35,520 nt of DNA, from the NCBI GenBank assembly GCA_040265115.1, contig JBDQGZ010000003.1, positions 1 through 35,520 of the forward strand, read 5' to 3'. The DNA is from Candidatus Nanopelagicales bacterium (GTDB lineage: Bacteria > Actinomycetota > Actinomycetes > S36-B12). The number at the start of each line of letters is the position of its first letter. The stretch's first letter is position 1. Of the stretch, positions 1-7,879 are shown piece after piece. The translations under genes and the position numbers were made by a program. The notes under the pieces were generated by a model that saw only the letters and a program-made list of their open reading frames with translations, had not been told where the DNA came from and did no database searches.

Positions 1-25
1 CCTCAGAGTGACAGAGTAGTGCCGA

Positions 26-1987
26 CTAGGGACCGGCTGGCAGGTCACCGACCAAGGCCGGGTTCACCTCACTGATGCGCACCTGTCGCCAAGGCTCCCG
101 GAACAAGTCGGAGACTCCCGGCGGCGCGATCGACTTGGCGAGTCGATCGTCGTAGTAGACCGTGAACGGCTCGTATCCACCATTGCCGCTCGGCTTCTCG
201 ATCGTGCACCTATGTTCCTGCGCCAGCGAACCGACGAACTTCAACACTCCTCGATCGACGGTGACATCGAAGTCCTGGACCGCGAAGCACCCATTGAGCA
301 CCAGCGCCGCGGCATTGATCGCCAGGTTGTCCAGGTTCGTTGTTCGCCAGGTGTTTCCACCGTCCTCAGATGCAGGCAGATAGACATAGAGGTAGCCCTG
401 GGGGATGAGGCCCAGGACATTCGCAGAATCTGCCGGAGGCACACCGTAGTCGCGGACCGACTGTCCTAGCGCATCGAAGGGCTGGGTCCAGTTCCCGTCC
501 ACGAGATTCTCATCCCACAACTGACCAGTGATGACAATGTCCGACTCTGATGCAAGGGTCAGTTCACCTCGGTACGCGCCCTGGACATAGGCCAGGCCGG
601 AGGAGCAGGTCGCCAGTGGCTGTCGACCGCCGGACAGGTTGTAGCCCACCCAGGGGTCCTTGCTCGGGCTCGTACTCGCCACCGGCAACCCGAAGGGCGA
701 ACCACTCGTGATGAGAGACTCCGACGGCGGGAAAGCATAGGAGTCCAATTCGCTGTAGACCTGGTTTGAGGGAATCACGAAGGGGTAGAGCGTTCCCGTT
801 GACTTCGTCGCACACGAGGGAACCGATGTCGACGCGGCATCCGCGACATAGATGACTCCGTTGAAACCAGCCGCCACCATCGAGTCGTAATCGAGCACCA
901 TGGTCGTCTGGTCGTTCGGGTCGGTGGCGAAGTACGACTTGCCCTGCTCCCGGCAGAAAGCGTTGATCGACGCGTCCTCCGTGTCCGGGCTGGTGACGAC
1001 CAAAACCCCACCCGGATGCCAGCGAATGCGCGTCGGACCGGTGAAGTAGCAGCCGGATGCCTGTGCCCGTGCTGCGAGCTCCGCAGGTGTCGGAGGCAGC
1101 TCCAGGGGTGGCGCGTACTGAGGATTCCACGCAACTTCAGTCGTCACCGGAATTTCGTTCAGGAGGTAGTCCGAGGGATTGCTGGCGTTACCAGGAGGGA
1201 CAACCGAAGGATCGATCCAGCGGTGACTCGGAGGGCAACCCTCGACTCCATCACCGTCGGGGCAGGAGGAGGTCACCACGCCCTCGAAGGTGTTGTCCAA
1301 GTTGGGCCCGAGATACCAAACATCGTTGGTGTGAACGTCGCCATACCAACGGTCGTTTCCCTCGACGGCCACGAACTCACAGATACGAGAATTTCGATGG
1401 GGGCCGAGTTCAGTGCTTGCCGTCGACTTCAGAGCCGGCTCGAACCACTGCTTGCTGCAGAACGCTTCAGCCTGGTCCGGCGTCAACTCCCCACCCTTGC
1501 CCGAATATGCGTCAGGAAAATCCCCGGGAACAGTCTCGTTCCCGCTCACGTACCCGTAGTCATAGCTGGTGCGCTTGCGCAGTACCGCATCGACCGTTCT
1601 GGTGACGCCAGCAACCCAACCGGTCGAGCGCACCTTGATCTCACCGGTATTCAACGACTGATCGTCGATCAACCGATAAGTGAAGTAGGCGTTGTCCGTC
1701 CCACCGGGAATCAACACCCACCCGGTCAGCGCCGCGCTCGTGACACTCGCGGGCGAACCCACGAGTGCGAGTCTGGCCCGATAATCGTCGACTCCAGCCT
1801 CGGCAGCAGCGAGCGCACGGAACGACGTCTCGTTGGTGTCAGAGGGACGGATCGCAGCGATCACCGCCTGACTCACCATGAGAACCAGGAGCAGTAGGAC
1901 CGCGCTCCAGATAATGACCATGATCATGGCGACACCGGACTCATTCTGAGTCTGCAAAGGCGCAGCGGGGGCAACTCGCTTCTTCAT
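26..1987 (-). CDS. PilX-like minor pilin / type IV pilus assembly protein (653 aa)
   Basis: Class III signal-like N-terminus ESG|VAMIMVIIWSAVLLLLVL lacking Glu5, as in PilX/GspK; ALAAAEAGVD motif; large Cys-containing extracellular region; C-terminal GSLAQ...GY...YDDRL...PP motif; ATGA overlap with the upstream gene at 1984-1987. Confidence 0.75.
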   Translation of the reverse strand: MKKRVAPAAPLQTQNESGVAMIMVIIWSAVLLLLVLMVSQAVIAAIRPSDTNETSFRALAAAEAGVDDYRARLALVGSPASVTSAALTGWVLIPGGTDNAYFTYRLIDDQSLNTGEIKVRSTGWVAGVTRTVDAVLRKRTSYDYGYVSGNETVPGDFPDAYSGKGGELTPDQAEAFCSKQWFEPALKSTASTELGPHRNSRICEFVAVEGNDRWYGDVHTNDVWYLGPNLDNTFEGVVTSSCPDGDGVEGCPPSHRWIDPSVVPPGNASNPSDYLLNEIPVTTEVAWNPQYAPPLELPPTPAELAARAQASGCYFTGPTRIRWHPGGVLVVTSPDTEDASINAFCREQGKSYFATDPNDQTTMVLDYDSMVAAGFNGVIYVADAASTSVPSCATKSTGTLYPFVIPSNQVYSELDSYAFPPSESLITSGSPFGLPVASTSPSKDPWVGYNLSGGRQPLATCSSGLAYVQGAYRGELTLASESDIVITGQLWDENLVDGNWTQPFDALGQSVRDYGVPPADSANVLGLIPQGYLYVYLPASEDGGNTWRTTNLDNLAINAAALVLNGCFAVQDFDVTVDRGVLKFVGSLAQEHRCTIEKPSGNGGYEPFTVYYDDRLAKSIAPPGVSDLFREPWRQVRISEVNPALVGDLPAGP

Positions 1988-2655
1988 CGTTGATTCACCA
2001 GCGCGATCGTCTGCTCGGTCGCGATCCCCGACAGTGAGTCTTCAATTCGAACGCGAACCTTGTCGAGGTCGGCAGCCCACGCCGCAAACACCAACGAGTC
2101 ATCCGTGACGGGAGGTGCGAACTCCTCGTCGACCAGAGTGCCTGACGCATCTTCCACTGCGCGGAGGTAAGTGAAGTTCACGACCGGATCCTGGGTCGAC
2201 GTCGTCCGCATGAGGGCCAACGGGGCGAGATCGGTGTAGCCGGTGACAAACCCGTCCACCAGAACTGGTTCGGCGACCAGCGCGGTCAATCCTGGATTCG
2301 ATCCAGTCGAGATCACCCCGAGATCAACTCGATAGGGGGCACCTTCGACGAGACCAAGACCAGCATTCGTGAAGAACTCAAACTCCGTGGCACTCGCCGA
2401 CACAATCGCCGGCTGCGGATTGAAGCCTTCGGACTCATTGTCGATGTAGCGAATCGCTCGGGACATCCACAGCATCGCGTTTCGCTCGTCCTGCTGAACA
2501 TCAGAGAACGATGTCGCATCTCGGATCCCGCTGAAGACGGCGATGAATCCACTACCGACGATCGCCATGAGCACTCCGAAGACGCCCATGGCGACGAGCA
2601 ACTCGGTCAACGTGACTCCGGCGTCACGTGCCGTCGGTCGGGCGGTCTTCGTCAT
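1984..2655 (-). CDS. Prepilin-type N-terminal cleavage/methylation protein (PilW/PulJ-like)
   Basis: RDAG|VTLTELLVAMGVFGVLMAIV prepilin motif with Glu5; ATGA overlaps at both ends. Confidence 0.85.
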   Translation of the reverse strand: MTKTARPTARDAGVTLTELLVAMGVFGVLMAIVGSGFIAVFSGIRDATSFSDVQQDERNAMLWMSRAIRYIDNESEGFNPQPAIVSASATEFEFFTNAGLGLVEGAPYRVDLGVISTGSNPGLTALVAEPVLVDGFVTGYTDLAPLALMRTTSTQDPVVNFTYLRAVEDASGTLVDEEFAPPVTDDSLVFAAWAADLDKVRVRIEDSLSGIATEQTIALVNQR

Positions 2656-4205
2656 GGCGCCACCTCGCTGCAGGAGGGAGCGGTCACGAACGGGATGGGC
2701 GGATCTCCGATCAACAGGCTCGCCTCGCCACGGATCTCAGCCCGGTCCGCCGCCGTGATGCCGATGACCAGTTGTGCCCGAACGGCACCGAGGATCACCG
2801 CGATGGTGATCTCGTCCTCGGCTGGCCCGCGTTCGAACTCGATCGGGATCTCCCGCGCAGCCTTCACCAGATAGTTCTGGGTGACGACTCCTGCATTGGA
2901 GTCATCGGCGAGTTGATCGGCGAGTGTCACCAACTCCGAGCCGGCCGTGTCCACCTCCGCGATCAGGCCGAGATCCCATCCGGTACTGCACGGCGAGAGA
3001 GTCAATCCACTGAGATTCACCGTCGTGTCGTCGAGCACCGTGTCATCGCTCACCACACCCTTCAAAACCCAGGCACCGGTGGGCACATTGGCACGAAGGA
3101 TCGCCGAATCGTCGACGATGCCGAGGGTGTAACTGGGCACGATGTCGTCGGGGCATGTCGTCTGCGCATCGAGTGGCTGATGTTCCAGGGTCACTTCTGT
3201 GCCCGGCGGGGCCACGATCTGGATCAGGTTGCCTTCCAGCCTCGCCACGGATGTTCCGCCGGGTGCGACCACGACGGTGGCCTGTCGGGATCCTGCATCC
3301 GAACAGGTGCCCGGCCAGGCCTGATACGAGCCGGGGAAGAGTCCGTCAATCACAAACGGGAACTCATACGGTGGATCGGGGAGGAGGTTCCATGGGTCGA
3401 GGGTGAGGGACAGGGTGTCGTCGGCGATCAACGGATAGGAGTCGTCGATGCTGCGGAACCTCATTCGGCCCGATTCGGCGTAAACGAAGGACACGGGCGA
3501 GTTGACTCCGCTGGCGACCTGAACACCGAGGGTGTCCTGACCTGGTCCCGGCGTGACATAACCCGACTTTGAAATCGTCACCGACCAACCTGTGCCAACG
3601 GGAACCTGCGGGATGAGCAAGCACCCGTCGAAGCCGGTGAGGTAGCGAGGCAGGGATAGCCCTGTTGCCGCATCAGTGAGGGCGACCTCGACTCCTGACA
3701 CCCCCACTCCCGCGTTGTCGAGCACCCGGACCGAGACACTCCCCGTGTCCGAGGCGACCGCTTCGGTGCGTCGGGGCACGAGCGCATCGATGACCTGCGG
3801 TCCGCTCAACCGGCCACCGGTGACCGCGACGGTGACACGCATGAAGGCCAACCCGGTCGGGTCCACTGTCGTCGTGCAGGGATCAGCCTCCTGATCCACC
3901 GCAACCCAGGCCGCATCGATCGACGCCGTGTAGTCGACCCCTCCCTGCGTGACCGTTTCGGTCGTCAACCCCGGGGTGAGGTATTCCGCCCCCTGGGCCT
4001 GGAGATCTTCGACGATGCCGCGGGCAATGCCGGCGGCCGCGACCCGATCGGCATTCGACCTCACGATCTGCAGGGCCTGGACGAGCAGCACCATCGCCGA
4101 GGTGGAGATGGCCACGAAGATCACGGTGGCGGCGATGACCTCGACGAGCGAGAAGCCCTCGTCACGGCGCGAAGGCACCCCTGCACCGCTGCCCTCGCGA
4201 TCCAC
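2652..4205 (-). CDS. Prepilin-type protein (PilV-like) with carboxypeptidase-regulatory-like beta-sandwich region (~517 aa)
   Basis: RDEG|FSLVEVIAATVIFVAI motif; GSVSVRVLDNAGVGVSGVEVAL...TGFDGC resembles carboxypeptidase-regulatory-like domains; start moved from ORF-track 4328 to GTG 4205 because AAGGAGG (4220-4214) lies 8 nt upstream. Confidence 0.8.
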   Translation of the reverse strand: MDREGSGAGVPSRRDEGFSLVEVIAATVIFVAISTSAMVLLVQALQIVRSNADRVAAAGIARGIVEDLQAQGAEYLTPGLTTETVTQGGVDYTASIDAAWVAVDQEADPCTTTVDPTGLAFMRVTVAVTGGRLSGPQVIDALVPRRTEAVASDTGSVSVRVLDNAGVGVSGVEVALTDAATGLSLPRYLTGFDGCLLIPQVPVGTGWSVTISKSGYVTPGPGQDTLGVQVASGVNSPVSFVYAESGRMRFRSIDDSYPLIADDTLSLTLDPWNLLPDPPYEFPFVIDGLFPGSYQAWPGTCSDAGSRQATVVVAPGGTSVARLEGNLIQIVAPPGTEVTLEHQPLDAQTTCPDDIVPSYTLGIVDDSAILRANVPTGAWVLKGVVSDDTVLDDTTVNLSGLTLSPCSTGWDLGLIAEVDTAGSELVTLADQLADDSNAGVVTQNYLVKAAREIPIEFERGPAEDEITIAVILGAVRAQLVIGITAADRAEIRGEASLLIGDPPIPFVTAPSCSEVAP

Positions 4206-4213
4206 GGTGTCGG

Positions 4214-4220
4214 CCTCCTT
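4214..4220 (-). promoter_or_regulatory. Shine-Dalgarno site AAGGAGG of the pilin operon
   Basis: CCTCCTT on + strand, 8 nt before the in-frame GTG at 4205. Confidence 0.75.
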
Positions 4221-4345
4221 TCGCCTCTGGCCCCAGTCGTCTCGTGGAGTATCGGACCATGGCACCGAGAGCACACCGCCGTCTGGGGCTCGTGGGATAG
4301 GAGTGACATCTGAGATTTTGGGCGTCAACGGGCTACCCTCGAGGG

Positions 4346-7045
4346 GTGGCTCAGCGAACGAATCTCCTCACCCCCCTGGGACGGATCGGCCACAGCCTGC
4401 TGCCCCTGACCACCGCCCCCCGGGGTAGCCAGCGCGATCAGAGGTTGCAGGTCCGGGCTGGCCTCGCCGTCGTCGTGGCGCTGGTGAGCGGATTGGCGGC
4501 ACTCACGATCGTCCTCATTGGGCTCGCGGCGGAGTGGGCAGAGGGGCGCCTCTCCCTCCTCACCTCAGCCGCCGCAGCGCTCCTCGCCCTGGTGAGTGTG
4601 TTTGCCCCACCGGTCACATTCCGCACCCGCAGCGCCACCCTGACTGAGGAGGTCCTCAGCGATCCACTCTCCCGGCCCCGACCTTGGCGCTCGACCACCA
4701 TCACCTTCGAGCCGGTCCTGGTCGGAGCGATGATCGCAGGACTCTCCTTCGGCCCCTGGCTCGCGGGAACCACCTTCGGTATCGCGCTCGTCGCTCGTGC
4801 CGTCCTCAACGGGCGGCACCGCCACCGCGAGGACGTCAACGCCGCCTTCCACGCACTTCGGCGGTCGTGGAACTCCGCGGTCGTGGCGGCGGCCGCCTAT
4901 GCGGTCGTGTATTCGCTCCGCGACTCGGTGATGATGAACATCTCACCCTGGACGCTCCTCCTCGCAGCATTCATTGCCGCGTCAGTGACCCTGATGCTCA
5001 ACGCCATCGAACGATGGGTCGATGGCGTGCATGAACCCTGGGCATTCGCTCGCGATTTCATCGACTCTCGGCGACTGATCGTCATGGTGGTGAGCGCACT
5101 CATCGCATGGGTGAGCGCCTACACGATCAGCTTCGGCACCCTCATTGAACCGAGGAGCGCCGAATTCGCTGGACAAATCGCCGCGACCGGTGTCTTCCTC
5201 GCCTGCTGGTTGATCCTGCTCTTCGCCTCGATTCGACTCTGGCGGCGGGACGCCCTGCGCACCCTAGGCCGCTGGAGCCGCCACCAAACCGACATCCTCG
5301 GCCGCATCGCCGACGGATCCCTCGACCCGGATCTCGCTCGGCAGGCGTCGCTCGCCGTGACCTCCCGCATGGCTCTGTCAGTCTTCGGCGCAACCCGAGC
5401 CCTTGTTGCGGTGCATCGCGCAGATGGCAGCGTCGTTCGACAACTCGCAGTCGCCGACGTCCATGCCCAACCCGCAACGAGCGACTATCACGACCTTACG
5501 GATCTTGCGTCCATCAGGATCCCGCTGTATCCCGCTCCCGGCCACCGGGACAGTTCGGACATCACCGTCGCCGGCTTCCTCGGTCCGGCTCGCTTTGTTG
5601 CACGGTCGCTCGGCGTGACCGAGCGATTCCAGCAACTCGCAACGGCCGCGATCCTCACACCCGTCGTCGCATCCGACGAAGACCGACTCACGACCGCATT
5701 CGAGTCACTCTTCGACCGCAACCTCTGGCACACGATGGAATCCTTCGAGCGGGCTTTCGAAGAGATGCGCCAGCGCGCCGACGACAGCCCGCAAAGCCAT
5801 TCAGTCCTCATCGGAGTGCTCGCCATCGATGATTTCGGTGCACTCTCCGGGGGACGCTTCGAGCACGCAGCGATCGCACAGGTGATACGTCTGGTGCAGG
5901 GATACTCAGGCTTCACCGGACACGAAACCTTCATTTCCTATCAACCCGACGGGCGCATATGGGTGTGCTTCGGTTCAGGACCACTGATCCGCAATGGAGT
6001 GGGACTGCTGCGTGAGCTTCAGCGAGATATCAACGACCGTGGCTCTGTGCTTGCCACGCACAGTGATATGGGCGTCCACATCGGGGTGTCGCTGGGATAC
6101 TCGGTGCACCAGGTTGACGATTTCTCCTACGACGGCTTGATCGAGCACGCCTCGCAGCGACTCTTGATCGATCAGAGTGCTCGCAATCCCTTCGCAATCG
6201 ACGATGTTCTCACCCTCGACATCACCCCCGAGGCGATCACCGGCAGCGGGACACCAGCCGTGGCAGTGGACATCACCGCTCGGCTGCGTGAGGACATCGA
6301 CAGCGACCTGGATGAAAGATTCCCGGTCACGTTGCAGCCCATCCTCGATCCGAATGGCCGTCTGGCGGCAGCCATGGCGGGTGTGGGCTGGGACGGTTCG
6401 CCAACTCGCTCCGGAACGATGGAATCCGAGGAGTTTCTGTCCCTGGTCAACCGTCGACCTGAGTTAGCCGCAGAGGCAACGCGCGCCATCCTTCATCGAC
6501 TCAAGCCCGTCTTCGCCGATCTCATTGAAGCCAACGTCACCGGTGATGGAGCCGAGCAGCGGATTCTGGTCCCGCTCCCCTCTGTCCTCCTGCATCCCGA
6601 TATTGGGGTCCTGGCTCTGCCGAATTTGGTGTCGCCCTTCTTGAATCGGGTGGAGTGCGCGCGCCTTGTCGCCGTGTTCGACACCGTTCCGACCGGCGGT
6701 GGTCAAGCACTCCGGTTGCTCGGGGATCGCGGTGTCGGTATCGCCATGACCGCGGGTGCCGCCGCAACCGCGGATGGGTCTGACCTCGACGGTTGGCAGC
6801 GCTGGGCCGTGCTCCTGCCCGAGCGGGTTTTCGCCGGCGACTCCGGAATCGATCGGCTCACGATCCAGCAGACGGTCGCCGCGATCGCCACCCGCGACAC
6901 CCGGCTCATTGCCGAGACCTCACGACCTACCAGTACCGAGTCGTTGGCTGACTATGGAATTCGGCTCGTACTGCATCACGAATTGCAGGCCGCAAACCTT
7001 CCCGATCTTCTGCAGGAAATTCCATCCGAGCCCGTCCTTCCCTGA
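4346..7045 (+). CDS. Multi-TM membrane protein with degenerate GGDEF and EAL domains (putative c-di-GMP-related effector)
   Basis: About 7-8 hydrophobic N-terminal segments; GVLAIDDFG, PDGRIWVCF (in place of GGDEFxV) and VSLGYS recall a GGDEF fold; FPVTLQPILD, EEFLSL, GVGIAM and LIAET recall an EAL fold without EAL/DDFG residues; TACCCT 6 nt before GTG 4346 supports the start. Confidence 0.65.
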   Translation: MAQRTNLLTPLGRIGHSLLPLTTAPRGSQRDQRLQVRAGLAVVVALVSGLAALTIVLIGLAAEWAEGRLSLLTSAAAALLALVSVFAPPVTFRTRSATLTEEVLSDPLSRPRPWRSTTITFEPVLVGAMIAGLSFGPWLAGTTFGIALVARAVLNGRHRHREDVNAAFHALRRSWNSAVVAAAAYAVVYSLRDSVMMNISPWTLLLAAFIAASVTLMLNAIERWVDGVHEPWAFARDFIDSRRLIVMVVSALIAWVSAYTISFGTLIEPRSAEFAGQIAATGVFLACWLILLFASIRLWRRDALRTLGRWSRHQTDILGRIADGSLDPDLARQASLAVTSRMALSVFGATRALVAVHRADGSVVRQLAVADVHAQPATSDYHDLTDLASIRIPLYPAPGHRDSSDITVAGFLGPARFVARSLGVTERFQQLATAAILTPVVASDEDRLTTAFESLFDRNLWHTMESFERAFEEMRQRADDSPQSHSVLIGVLAIDDFGALSGGRFEHAAIAQVIRLVQGYSGFTGHETFISYQPDGRIWVCFGSGPLIRNGVGLLRELQRDINDRGSVLATHSDMGVHIGVSLGYSVHQVDDFSYDGLIEHASQRLLIDQSARNPFAIDDVLTLDITPEAITGSGTPAVAVDITARLREDIDSDLDERFPVTLQPILDPNGRLAAAMAGVGWDGSPTRSGTMESEEFLSLVNRRPELAAEATRAILHRLKPVFADLIEANVTGDGAEQRILVPLPSVLLHPDIGVLALPNLVSPFLNRVECARLVAVFDTVPTGGGQALRLLGDRGVGIAMTAGAAATADGSDLDGWQRWAVLLPERVFAGDSGIDRLTIQQTVAAIATRDTRLIAETSRPTSTESLADYGIRLVLHHELQAANLPDLLQEIPSEPVLP

Positions 7046-7065
7046 GTCCAGCCCCCGCAATCCCG

Positions 7066-7407
7066 TTAGCCCTTCGGCTCCTTCGGGGCTCGCCAGGAGA
7101 AGGGGAAGATGAGGACCATGGCGGCGATGATGAGCACCCACGACATGACCTCGACCGCCGGCTGATCGGCAAGGATCGTTCCGGTCAGCAGCCGGATCAG
7201 CACAATGACGGTGATCCAAGCCGCCACCACCCAGATGCCCGAACCGGCAAACCAGGCCGAAATCCAGGCACGAGCCATCAGACGATTGCGCCAGCGTCGC
7301 CCCTCGACTGCCGCCCGCAGCAGCATCACCAGGATCGGCCAGGCCAAGATCGCGACCGAACCTACGATCGCCAGGATTGCCTGGGCGACACCGACCTCCA
7401 TGTCCAC
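7066..7407 (-). CDS. Small hypothetical membrane protein (about 3 TM)
   Basis: 113 aa with three hydrophobic stretches; co-oriented downstream of the ydeP-GGDEF pair; start could be ATG 7401. Confidence 0.65.
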   Translation of the reverse strand: MDMEVGVAQAILAIVGSVAILAWPILVMLLRAAVEGRRWRNRLMARAWISAWFAGSGIWVVAAWITVIVLIRLLTGTILADQPAVEVMSWVLIIAAMVLIFPFSWRAPKEPKG

Positions 7408-7474
7408 ACCGTGCCCCAGATTCGCGCGGCAAGCACGCGGAGTTCACTCCCTGGACATCATCGACGGCGCGGAG

Positions 7475-7879
7475 TCAGGTCAGAGGAGGCGCGCAGAGAA
7501 TGCGCCCGTCACCCCGATGGATCGCTTCCTCCGACAACTTTTCCGCCTCGAGGCGTGCCTGATGCTCCGGCACCGCGCGAGGCCAGGCGGCCACACCAAT
7601 GCTCAGGTGCGCCGCTTCGGGGACCGAGGTCGTGATGGCATCGCGGAGTGCCTCCATGAGCTCAGCCGCCGTCATCAGGTCCCGAACGCCGTGAAGCGTC
7701 ACGTGGATCCGGCCGCCCACGCCGAAGCTCACCTCGTCGCTCGCTCGGAGGGCACCCTCGACAGCGGATTCGATCTGCGCCCATTGCGCGGGATTCACCT
7801 CGTTCCCCGGCACACTGAGCACCGCGATGGCTCGCTGCGATCCCGTCCGCGCCGGATGGGGTGGCCTGATGTCGCTCAT
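7475..7879 (-). CDS. Stand-alone degenerate GGDEF-like protein (134 aa) with RxxD motif
   Basis: LRASD-EVSFG-VGGRIHV matches RxxD-x5-GGDEF spacing; HLSIGVAAWP and a terminal helix (AEKLSEEAIHRGDGRI) match the GGDEF C-terminal pattern; ATG 7879 overlaps the upstream TGA (ATGA). Confidence 0.65.
   Translation of the reverse strand: MSDIRPPHPARTGSQRAIAVLSVPGNEVNPAQWAQIESAVEGALRASDEVSFGVGGRIHVTLHGVRDLMTAAELMEALRDAITTSVPEAAHLSIGVAAWPRAVPEHQARLEAEKLSEEAIHRGDGRILCAPPLT

Noticed and set aside
4206-4345. c-di-GMP riboswitch upstream of the pilin genes
   Set aside because: I could not find the class I GCAAA/GNRA tetraloop-receptor pattern or the class II kink-turn pattern on either strand by eye.
4346-7045. 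Active diguanylate cyclase/phosphodiesterase
   Set aside because: GGDEF, EAL and DDFG catalytic motifs are absent at the expected positions.
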